A stretch of DNA of 62,104 nt, filler included, from Basidioascus undulatus (taxonomy: Eukaryota): assembly GCA_000826855.1 (NCBI GenBank). It is 3 parts of 3 records of this genome, joined end to end, with 100 filler letters (N's around TTAATTAATTAA, not from the genome) between each part and the next. Parts side by side here need not be neighbours in the genome. Positions count along the whole stretch, not along the records: positions 1 to 20,655 come from JTLS01000363.1; 2 more parts are not named here. One strand, written 5' to 3'. A program made the translations under genes and the position numbers. Shown in pieces: positions 1 to 10,198 of the stretch. The notes beneath the pieces are model-generated. The model worked only from the letters and a program-made list of their open reading frames with translations. It searched no databases and was not told the origin of the DNA. Each line of letters opens with the position of its first letter. Within the stretch, counting starts at the first letter, position 1.

Positions 1-327
1 ACGCACATCTGCCCCTTCCCGCCGTCCTCCACCCCCCCGAAATCGCTTAGCTTCCTCTTCACGCTCCGCGACCCGCACCACGCGCTCGCGTACAGCACGG
101 CGACGCAGGCTGTCCCCGCGAGCTGGCTCGAGGACGTCCCCGAGGACGAGAACGAGTGGGTCGAGGAGGCGCTGGTGGATGTTATTCGGCGCGGGGTGGA
201 GGTCGTGGGCACGGAGTATGTGCGGGGACGGCAGGACGGCGGGAGGAGGGTGCTGAAGGAGGAGCTGGAGAAGCAGGGGGTGGGGAAGGCCAACGAGGAG
301 GGGGAGAAGGCGGAGAAGAAGGCTTGA
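1..327 (+). CDS. 3' end of a fungal hypothetical protein (5' truncated at contig start)
   Basis: Frame 1 is open from base 1 to TGA at 325-327 with GC3-biased codons: ...FTLRDPHHALAYSTATQAVPASWLEDVPEDENEWVEEALVDVIRRGVEVVGTEYVRGR...KKA*. No function can be assigned. Confidence 0.7.
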   Translation, partial: THICPFPPSSTPPKSLSFLFTLRDPHHALAYSTATQAVPASWLEDVPEDENEWVEEALVDVIRRGVEVVGTEYVRGRQDGGRRVLKEELEKQGVGKANEEGEKAEKKA

Positions 328-765
328 TTCGGGGTGGGAAGGAAGGAGGAGCTCGAGAAGGCGTTGAGATGAGATGAGGTGCATTCAGGTTGCGTTTGGG
401 AGGAGGTCCCGGCTATGCTGTTGTCACTCTGGTTCGTTCGATTTGGTTCGTTTGTCAGGCCGCTCGTATACCATTCTATGATTGCTGCCATTTAACGTGT
501 GCAGCTGCTCCGGAGGATGTCGGCAGTTGCTGCGCTGTGTTGCGCCGCACGGTGACTCGGTCTAGCATTCTCTCGCTGTTCACGCACCACACTTTCGCGA
601 GCACTAGAGGACGATCCCAGGGTTCTCGTATTGTTGACTATACAAATTTGTGTAGCATCGTAGCAGCATATCATGGATCGTTCCTCATCAGACGTAATCG
701 GGATACTTTTTGTGTGCAGCATATCGAGGTCCTCATCGACGTCATCGCATGCACCGACGCGTCGG

Positions 766-2457
766 TCACTCGTGGCTCCCACAGTGGCTGAATTCGTAAA
801 TAAAAAAAAAAAGTCAGTGCGTGATGAAGAATTCCCCATAATGGCCATATATATGAGCCGAAGCGAAGCCCTCACATACTCCCATCCGCGTGCGAGTGGC
901 AGTGCCCGCCCGTCTCCTGCTTGGGCGGCTGAACCACAGATGCCTCGGCTGTGGTCGTCGTGGCCGGCTGGGTGGCCGTGAAGCTGGTAGTCGGGGTCGC
1001 CGTTGCGGTCGCGGAAGACGAGGAAGAAGAAGAGGAAGAGGCGGGCGGGACGTATTCGCCGGTGCATCTGGATATTGGCAGGGCAGGCTGCGTGAGCCTC
1101 TGGGCGCGAATGGGATTGTGATGGAGAGGATGGAGTAGGATGGGTGGGGAAGTCGAACGAACCCGTCACCCGGGTTGGCATAGCTCTTGGCGTAGGCGTC
1201 GAGCGCGAAGGCTTGGAGGGTGTGCATGTTCAGGGTGCTGTGCATCCAGGGAGGTGTCAGCTAAGCAGCATGGAGATCACGAGTCGGCTACATGGGCAAG
1301 GAAATGTTACGCACGTCCAGGTAGCGTTGCTCCGGGCAAGGTCGAGCACTTTATCGTACCCATCGGCGTGGTGGCTGGAAAGCAATACCGCGAGCTCAGC
1401 ACTGCCGGCGAGCTCTCGCGGATGGTGGACTCACCCTAGGATGCCGCCGGCGACTGTTGGGATGTGGGTCAGGCGATGACTGTTTCGGAGACGTGGTGAT
1501 AATAAGATCAAATTGACAGGAGGCAGTGGTAAGAAAGCCTCACATCCAGTCGGACGCCCAGAATGCGGACAGCCCGCCGTTCGCGACCGTGTAGCCGTCC
1601 GCGCAGAGCTTCTCGAGCGGTTTACGGTTCTGCGGGCAATAGAGTGGTCGGGAGGGATAAATTGTGCAACTACATCATCGTGCAGACTTGGCTGTGTGAT
1701 TCACGCCTGACTTACCCGGAATCCAGTCTCGCAGATCACAGTCTCGAGGGTCGCGTTCTCACCCCGCCAATGACCCTGTGAGAAGTGGTGCATAAGCTTA
1801 GAGAACAGTGATTAAGGCTTCTACCTGGAAATCCTGACATTGTAACTCGGGATCGCAGCACACACGCCATCAGGGTCGTCGCAGCGAACGACGAGGCCAG
1901 TCTTGTCGCCAGACAGAATGTTGCTGTACGCGCCCACGGCGCCGATGACGTTCCCGGGCTGCGAGTCGGTACCGAAGTAGAGATGGGCTCTGTAAGGAAT
2001 GTGGCACTTTTAGTTATTCACAGGGTGACGCAGCTGTGTAGACATCTCCGAGTGGAAGCCTCACAGGGGGTCCGTGGGCCCTGTACGTAAGATCCAGTCC
2101 CGGGCGGTCGCGACCAAGGCCTCAAAGTCCTCGAAGCTCTGTTGCGTTTTGAGATAAATACCTCATTACTAACAGGGTAACAAAAGTGTGGGTCCATGAC
2201 TCACCTTCTCCAGCTGGATCTTCTCCGTCGCGTTGCACGACTCATGGATCTCAACCTGGCGCGTCCGAAGCTCTTGTACTCAGTACCCATGTAGCCTGCT
2301 ATTTATTACTAAGCTCACATACCTGGCTCTTGTACTCCGGGTTCGGAAACCCCCGACGCGATAGCGAAGTTGCCGTGGTTGAAGCGGAAGTCGGCCAGAA
2401 CGGCAGGGCGAGGGTGGAGCTCGCGCTGAGCAAAGTGACGAGTGTCGTAGAAATCAT
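766..2457 (-). CDS. PRA1: Secreted zinc-scavenging protein (zincophore), Pra1/Aspf2 family; 10 coding exons
   Basis: Signal peptide MISTTLVTLLSASSTLA. Spliced GT-AG exons give EIHESCNATEK, GDKTGLVVRCDDPDGVC, GHWRGENATLETVIC, FWASDWIHRLTH (HRxxH motif), TLQAFALDAYA, a Ser/Thr-rich linker and C-terminal HCHSHADGSIHCGSHE*. No frameshift seen. Confidence 0.93.
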
Positions 2458-3734
2458 TGCTAGTATCGTAAGCTTGTTCAAGTATTAAGCCTCTGAAAAG
2501 GTAAGCAAATAGGCGAACAACGCAGGTGAAGATCGTGCAAGGCTTTTTATGTGTGCTGCGGACAGTGCACCAAGGGTTGTTCTGCCAAGGACCGCGCAGT
2601 TCGTGTTCACGACGACTTCGTAAGACATGGACGAATGCTCATTAAAGAAATGTACAAGTACATAGTCCATGTGGAGTACGCTACCGAATGGGCAGCGCAC
2701 TGGTCCAGGGCCGCCGGAGGTCAAGCTCAGGGCAGAAGACGTGCAGAGGAAGAAAGAGGACCGTCCCGGCTTCTACAGGCTTGGCCCCTCCGGACCAACC
2801 ATGGACTTGTCCGAAGCAGTAATGTGAAGAAAACGAAAGCAAACATCTCTGGACATTCTACTATTGCTCACAATAAAGCTTTCCGAAACGACAGTGGTAC
2901 TCGTTCACTGACGGAAAGTTTGGGTCGAGCAAGAGGGAAGTTGAAAAGAAAAGCCTTGCAGTGCAACACACGGAACGACCACTATTCGAAACCGTCCTGT
3001 CTGGATTTGACTTTCTTTTGAAGATGGTGTTCAGTGCGAGTTTCCTGAACTAGCCTGGGCCAGGTTCATCGTCAGCGATGCATCCAGTCTTCCTATGGCA
3101 AACAGAGCGCCTTGGCTTTATCTTTCAGTGATCAGGCCCCCCCCAGGCGCGCATGGAATGGATAACAACTGGTAGTAAAGGATGAGGCGTATTTCTTACT
3201 CTTGAACTCCCGTGCTGCTCAGCTGTAGGGAGAAGGAGGTGAGGGGTCAACGAAGGAGGTGAAGGAGCACGTCAAGGTCGTCCCTCCCTCGACGTCCGAG
3301 CGTACAGTTCAGGACGTCTTTGACCTGAAATGTGGTTTAATAAGGTTCCGGTAGTCTGTATAGATCCGTCCGCATCCCATATGGCCCGTGAATCTGCAGG
3401 GCCCCCTGGCTCCGGGGGCGGTCCATGACGGAGAATGGCTTTTGGAGTAACTGTGAAAAGCCTGGTAACATTGACGGCGACAATTTGCTACTTCTAGAGT
3501 CCGCTCCCTCAATGGCTTTAAATTTCGATCTGAAAGCCAGCACCGCTGCGAGGGGCTTGTCCACCGCTCGTTATCTCGCACAGCCCTGCGGCCTTCCGAT
3601 AGTCACTCGCTGAGGGTGCGCTGACTCGCATCCATAGAATGAGCCGGCCCGCCCGGAGGTTTGTGTAGTAATATAAGTTTTACTAGAAATATAATATATA
3701 ATGAAAGGAAAGTTGGAACCTCCGTGCTGCCCGA

Positions 3735-3767
3735 CGGCGTTCGGCGTTCGGCGTTCGGCGTTCGGCG
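3735..3767. repeat. Tandem heptamer (CGGCGTT)4 plus a partial copy
   Basis: cggcgtt x4 at 3735-3762 followed by cggcg; it lies about 170 bp upstream of the DUF4188 ATG. Confidence 0.9.
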
Positions 3768-3939
3768 ACGCCGGCGTTTGCCCCCAGCCGGGCATCGGCA
3801 CTTTCGAGTCCTCAGGGGGAGGCCGACAATGAAGTGCCTACAGGCATTGAAAAGACTCCTCTCAGGAACTCGTCTTCCTCCAAACCCCACCTTCTTATAG
3901 GCTTGCGTCTTCGTCGTGCTTCTACGTATCACGCCCGTC

Positions 3940-5237
3940 ATGGTCACGCCCAACGCCGACAGCTACGCCCTCGCCGAAGAGCAGCAGAATCGCTACTTGT
4001 TCAAGGCTACCGAGAAACCTCACAGCCTGAACCCTTGGCCTTCTACTTTTTATGTCGTGCGTTCCAGCCGTCAGCACTTACAGTCCCCACCCCCCTGTAG
4101 CTAGTCCCGCCGCTGACATTGACGGACAACATGCTTGGCTGTGATCGTCCACAGCATCTGCGCGACAACTTCCGGATCTCGACCTGGCTCCTGCTAGGTG
4201 CCGCCATCCAGACGCTCCTCTACGCCCTCACGCCATACGCGCTCCTCCTCCCGGCACTCCTCCTTGCCGCACGCTCCGTGAACCCCCTCCTCGTCGTTTT
4301 CGGTCTGAAGCGTAACAAGCTCCTGGACGGCACGATCCAGGGCAAGTTCGCGGTCCGGTTCCCCGACAGCGACGAGCGCCCGAACGGAGAGGAGGAAGTC
4401 TGTGTCATCATTCTGGGAGCGAGAAGCAATCAGTGGGATTAGATCGCTTCACCGTTCTCAGAAGGAACATGCACTGATGTCCCATCGATTGGGCAGTCCT
4501 CTCGGATTGTTTGCTCCTGGCTTCAAGGAGATGGGTGACTTGTTTGGGAGGATGTTCGCCGAGATGGATGCAGACCCGGAAAAGCATGGCTGTGAGATTC
4601 CTCCTTCCATTTATCCTTCATACTCTAATCTTACCAGCTTCCTTCATATGAATAGACCTTGGGGCCGCGTCGTTCATCGACGCTGCTGACCGCAAGACTG
4701 CGAACGGAACTGCAACCATGGTTGTCCGTCCGCTTCGATCCTTCCCCTTGCCGGCCGCGAAACATCAACTAACGCAATTCAGGAACAACTCATCTGTGTT
4801 ACAGTACTTCAAGGACGCGGCGTCATTATACAAATTCGCGCACAGTCGTATGCATCGCGACGCATGGGAGTGGTGGAACAAGACCTACCCTACGCACCCG
4901 TACTTGTCCATCATGGTGCGCCGTCTGCAACGTCGTTTACATCAGGACACTGCGCTGACTAATCACCTTCCTTCTCTAGCACGAGCTATACATTTGCGAC
5001 AAGTCCCGCTGGGAGTCGATCCTCATCAACTACCACCCGACGATGCTGTCCGCGACGCGAGCCAAGCTCCCGCGGTCTGCCGAGCACCCGGACGGCGCGT
5101 GGGTTCGCCCGCTCGTCGACGCGAGCCAAGGGGCCATGAAGACGCACAAGGGGCGCCTTGGGCGCACGGATGGCGAGGACAACGACAAGCTCGGGGAAGA
5201 GCCTTACGGACCTGCTGTCGTGGTTGGGCAGACTTGA
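3940..5237 (+). CDS. DUF4188 / af470-like putative monooxygenase, multi-exon
   Basis: Spliced product contains LRDNFRISTWLLLGAAIQ, VCVIILGARSN-PLGLFAPGFKEMG, YFKDAASLYKFAHSRMHRDAWEWWNK, HELY, WESILINYHPT and PLVDAS...KGRLG, matching the fungal DUF4188 pattern as I recall it. Confidence 0.85.
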
Positions 5238-6065
5238 GCGCGACTGCTATCGTTTCGAATAAGCGACTCAAGGGATCCGTTTTGAGCTGGCAGTTCAGAG
5301 TACCTTACAGTGGACTGGTTTTATGGCTAGAACCGTTGACCTTCTTGTTGATGGGAGTCAGGGAGAATACATTGGGTCAAGCTATCATCGACGGTGTGCT
5401 GTGAAGGCTAAGGGCGCCGCATTGCGACACCTATGCCGGAGACTCAGTATTTCGGAGAGGTACTGGGTCACTTAACATTGACTTTAGCTATCAGGACTGA
5501 TTTCGGTCCAAGTTTGATGTACCAGCATGAAAATACAGCCTTGATTTTCTGTGATTCTTGGTCCAAATCTGCTTAATTTGCTGGCTCAGGCGGTGTCGGC
5601 GGCAATCTTTTTGAATCCTCTGTAGCACAGCGCACGGCCGCGCTGTTCCACTGTCGAAATCTCATGGAAAGCTAGACCACAAAATGGCCACGGAGTACAG
5701 TCGGAGTACGCACATGGTCCCGGCTGTTTGGCTGTAAGAAGCATGCGGTCGACAGCCACCGACCGCATGCGTTGCCGCCGGTCCAAGACATCTCCGAGGG
5801 ATTGCCATAAGGTTTGGGAATACGCGACAGCGGTACGGTGCTTTTGACCTTATCAGATTCTAGGTCCATCTTATCGGGCCTGTCAAAAGAGATCGAGAGG
5901 TTCTTATGAGCACTACTCTGCATGAGAACTCTGCACGGCCATCCGCAACATGCTCCATGTGCGCACCCCCCCTTTTCTTCCTTGCCTTTACTTCTGATGA
6001 ACATGGTCATGGGAACAAAAAGGCCATCCATGGTCTATATCGGCCGAGGACGGGCAGTCGCAAAG

Positions 6066-6073
6066 ATATAAAG
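6066..6073 (+). promoter_or_regulatory. Putative TATA box of the small Cys-rich peptide gene
   Basis: ATATAAAG lies about 85 bp upstream of cacaATG at 6151. Confidence 0.5.
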
Positions 6074-6150
6074 ACGCTGGCTTCCAGCTCGAAAGAGAAG
6101 TGCATCCCACCAGTCTCTTTCATTTCTTCTCGAGCATCCAAACCCTCACA

Positions 6151-6424
6151 ATGCGCTTCGCCCTCCTTAACTCTCCTCGTCGCACTCGTCGGGCTCGCTG
6201 CTGCCACCCCGTTTGAGGCGCGTGCCTGCGACGCGAACTGCAACGGTCGCTGCCAAGGCCAATGCGGCGGCAAGGGCCCGTACGGTATCCCTACGCCTCC
6301 TGACCAGCGCTGTAAGCCCTTTCCTCTTCCTACCGTATAGCTTTACCTCGCCGGAGCCTGACGGTAGTACTTGGCGGGGCGATTCACAGGCATGGAGCAG
6401 TGCCACCAGAGGTGTGGGTGCTGA
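6151..6424 (+). CDS. Small secreted cysteine-rich peptide (64-aa precursor, 8 Cys); 2 exons, apparent +1 frameshift in the signal peptide (possible pseudogene)
   Basis: Exon 1 is 6151-6311, intron 6312-6389 (GTAAGC...CTGAC...CAG), exon 2 6390-6424. Removing one base at about 6160-6170 gives MRF(ALL/ASL)TLLVALVGLAAATPFEAR-ACDANCNGRCQGQCGGKGPYGIPTPPDQRCMEQCHQRCGC*. Confidence 0.75.
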
Positions 6425-6585
6425 AAGCCGAGTTCACACTGCCGCTTCTGGCCAAGTGGTTGCCAGCCATCGGCACTGTGATCGGTGCTGGACTAGCGCT
6501 CTACCTTTACCATGCCGTGCCTGAGTTCACAGCCAACCTGACACGGTCTCGACTAGGATACACTGTCTACCGATTCCTGAACGCG
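6416..6585 (+). other. nad5: NUMT: fragment resembling mitochondrial NADH dehydrogenase subunit 5 (C-terminal region)
   Basis: Translates to AEFTLPLLAKWLPAIGTVIGAGLALYLYHAVPEFTANLTRSRLGYTVYRFLNA, resembling the basidiomycete ND5 segment 'EAEF.LPL..K.LPAI.T..GAGLALYLYH..P.F...LT...LG...Y.F.N'. It is intronless with no start or stop of its own. Boundaries are approximate. Confidence 0.8.
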
Positions 6586-7383
6586 TGTATGGAAAGGTGC
6601 GTGTTCGCTCCGAAGCTCACTAGGGGAGTCACTGACGGTAATGAACTGCACACAGTTTCTTGGGCTGTAGAGTTTCCGGCTGAATTGGGATCAAGCTTGT
6701 GATGCGATTGCGCTGCATGAGACCTGCTCTACCGTACTCCCTTTCAGTGTACCGGCTGGGATACCCTCGGTTATCAACAGCTTACCACAGCATATTCCTT
6801 TTGAGAAAACTGTGATTCACCTCAGGCCGGCGCTTCAATCCAGCACTGTTAATCAGGAATTCCCGGTTTTCCTTCCGCCAGGTCACGATCCTAGACTACG
6901 ACCGCTCAGAGACGCGAATGAGTATGACTGACTATGTGATAAGAAAGTTCTGTCACATTTCACTGTTCGGACCTGGGTCGGCAATGCAATGGGACAACAT
7001 AACCTCCTCTTTTGGTCAACTGCCGCTGCCGCGGCAACCGCCAGTTCCGAAGTTCGCTGCGTTCACTCGAGGCGCCCTTCGACCACAAATGTTCCTCAAG
7101 TCATGACTGCGGTGTTTGTGGACAACAGGTACTTTTTCCCTTAGTCACAAAAATTTCACACTCGAATGAAGGAGCTCTGTGCTAAAGCGTACATATGCAA
7201 TGACAGACGTTTCGACAGACGTGCATATCGCAGTTTGGCGCTTTAAAGTAATACAGCAGGCTCGCCTCTGATATCGGCAGGTCCTGTAGTCCGACTTTGG
7301 CGAGGAAGGCCGCCTTGAGGCTGCCGCTCTCATCGCCTCGGTATTGCTCCATTTCCACATTTCGCTGCATCTTTCCCTAAGTT

Positions 7384-9941
7384 ATGGGTGTTAAGGCAAG
7401 TCCAATGTTTCTTGGCGTGCAGCGGTCCTGGCTTACCTGCTGCGCGCAGGGCCTCACAACGTATGCGCGAAGCAATCGCCGCGCGCTCTCCCACTCGATC
7501 TCGCTGCCCTCTGTGCCTCTCGATTCGGACGCCCCACGAACAGCGCTGGTGGTAGATGCGTGGTCGTGCGTACTTTCTTCTTCAAAGCTTGAGTGTTCTG
7601 AAAGCTGAAATCTCGTAACCGTGTGGGCCAGCCTCATCTATTCGCTGTACTTTTCGTCCGGTCTCTCGTGGATCAGCGGGGGCGAGTACGCGGCTTTCGG
7701 GAAGCTGCTCAAGCAGTTGGTAGAGGGCTGGAGGGCTGTGGGGCTGGAACCAGTCTTTGTATTTGACGGTGAGTCTGATATGTGCTCAGAAGGTGGTGGG
7801 TGCTTGTCAGACCGTCGTGCATTGCCTTGCACCCTGCGAGCATGCATTGATTTCCTGTGGCTTAGACTGCTGGGACAGCTCACCTGCAATGTTACTGAAC
7901 AGTGCGCAATCTCCTTCTCTTGAAAGGTCCCGCCTCGCACCTCAAACACCCCACGATCATTTCCCGCTTGACTGCGACGACGACGCATCTCACCCTCCTC
8001 TCGCGCTCCTCGCCCTACATGCGCTCCTCCTCGGCCTTTCTCCGCTCGATCCCCGTCCTCCCGCCTCTCGCATATGACGCCTTTGCATCTGCCGCGCTGG
8101 CATCAGACGCGGAGTGCATTTGGGACGAGGGCGAGGCGGACATGCGTGTCGTGCGGGAGGCGCTGGCGCGAGACGGGTTCTGGACCGGCAACGACTCGGA
8201 CTTCTTCGTCGCAGGCGTCTATCACAAGGAAGGAAAGGGGTACGCCCCTCTGGACGAGATGACGTGGATGGCTGCCCCAGAGCCAGCCAGCGGCGTATCA
8301 GGCCGAGCAGGCGGCGGCGATGGCGACGGCTTCACGGTCGTCTCAGGTCGCTCTTCTCCCTCGACGCGATCTTCCAAGCTCGTCCCGCCTTCTCACATCG
8401 ACTCTCTCACGCTCCAAGTCTTTTCTCCTCACCTCCTCGCACACCAACTCTCTCTCCTGCCCTCGCACCTTCCCCTGTTCGCCGCGCTCGTCGGCAACGA
8501 CTTCACGACCGCGTCGCAGCACTCGCTGCTGTTCCCCGCGGGCATGGCCGGAGGGAAGCGCGTGGAGCGCGTTGCGGAGGTCCTGCGCGAAGCGACGAAT
8601 GGTAAGCGCAGGCGCGGAAGCCCTGTCGGCGAGACCGCTGTGGAGATGGTTGAGCGCGCGGTGCGCGCGCTCATGCTGCGCGATCCGGCCTCGGGACTCG
8701 TCACGAAGACGGTCGACGCCGTGATCAGCTCCTCTCTGGCGTATCTCCCTCCGGTCGATCCCTCGCTCTTCTCCACGCCCTCCCTCTCACATCCACACGC
8801 CGCCGCCGTTTTTGATCTCTATCGCACCGCGTACGGCGCCGGCCGGCTAAGTCCCCGTCTGCTGGAGGCAGTGCGAGAAGGCGTGTTCTTCTCTCGCGTC
8901 ATTGTCGAGGATGTTGACCTTCAGAGCGTCGGTGTCCGCGTTGGCAGGGGACTTCGAGAATGGGTCTGGGCGGTCCTGCAGGAGGGATGCGGCATTGCAC
9001 AGTTGGTGGAGGAGGACGCCGCGGAGGAGCTGGAGGAGCTGGTAGAACGGCTAGACCTGGACGAGGGCAAGGTGAATGTCGAAGATCTCGACGAAGAGCT
9101 CGAGCCGCTTGAACGCCCGGATTCAAGTGAGGCAGAGGGCTCGCCTTCGACTCCGCCACCTCCTCGGCAACCGACCATCACAGAGCACCTCCGCCGCTCC
9201 CTCTCCATCCAGCCCATCCCATTGCCCATTCCCTCTCTCGCCTCCCTCTATCCCTCCCTTTCAACCTCAACAGCGCCGCAGCTGCTCCCCCTTCCCGACC
9301 GCCGAGCGCTCTACCTCGCAGCGCACGCGTCCTCCCACCTCGCCCCGCGCGTCGCCGCCCTCCCCGACGCCTACCTCCCGCTCGTCCTCGCCGCGCGACA
9401 CGCCATCTCCTCCATGCACGACTCGAAGTCCGCCTGGAAGGAGCGCGAGCTGGGCGCGGTCCTCGCGGCTACGGTGGTTTCGCGTCGGGCGGATCCTCCT
9501 CCCGCGGCGCAGCAATCGCCCACCTTTTCCCCCGCGAACGTCCAGATCGCCGCGTCCTTGCTCTCCTCGCTCGAGGCATCGCAGCTCCTATCCGACGCGC
9601 TCCTCCTGTCCGAGCATCTCCCGCCCGCGCACTCGCTCTACAGCGGGTCACAGCTACACGCGTTCCTCGACGTTGACCCGGGCGCGGACGCGGGTGCGGC
9701 GTATGGGCTGGAGGCGGAGGAGCTGCGGGTGTGGGACGGGCTGCGTGAAGCGTCCTTGGAGGGGCTGGAAGCGGCGGTGGTAAGGGACGCTAGCGTGAAA
9801 GACCGTAGGAAGGAGAAGAAAGCCAGGGCGAAGGAGAGGAAGGCGGGCGCAGTCGGGGAGAATGGGAACAGCAGGGGCGGCGGGAAGGTCGGCGGAAACG
9901 CTGGAGCTTTCGCATTGTTGGCGGAACTGGGAGATGAATAA
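7384..9941 (+). CDS. Asteroid/XPG-like PIN-domain protein
   Basis: MGVK|GLTTY start, LVVDAWS|LIY, WISGGEY, LEPVFVFDG, EGEAD, GNDSDFFV, LFAALVGNDF. The first intron has a GC donor (7396); the long last exon ends at TAA 9939-9941. Confidence 0.88.
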
Positions 9942-10198
9942 GTGTACGAGGATCTGCCTGTAGGCTAGGTTTGCCTTCCTTCCCACCCGTGTCCGCAAGC
10001 CGCTCCCACGATCAACGTCTCGAGGCTCTGGCTGTAGAACGGGATATAAGTGTAGCGGTCAACGCTGCAGCACTCTCAGACGTCTCATACAGCATTCAAA
10101 GCAGATGCAAGGCGGTCAATCAAGGCTGCGAATCGCGTCCCAGCAGAGGACGAAAGGCCACATCTAGAACGACTGCACGCATTGCGTAAACCAACAGT

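Noticed and set aside
802..812. Poly(A) run as a retro-insertion tail
   Set aside because: It is the poly(T) tract of the last PRA1 intron on the minus strand.
2500..3300. CAAGG(T)-like zinc-response elements upstream of PRA1 (about 2538, 2571, 2586, 3273)
   Set aside because: Only one exact CAAGGT, and such short motifs are expected by chance; not supportable without comparative data.
3735..3767. CRISPR-like or telomeric repeat
   Set aside because: No spacers, only about 4.7 copies, and an internal position in a eukaryotic contig.
5906..6340. 144-aa ORF as the real peptide gene
   Set aside because: It runs through the TATA box, buries the signal peptide and reads into the intron; the ATG at 6151 with a 1-nt indel fits better.
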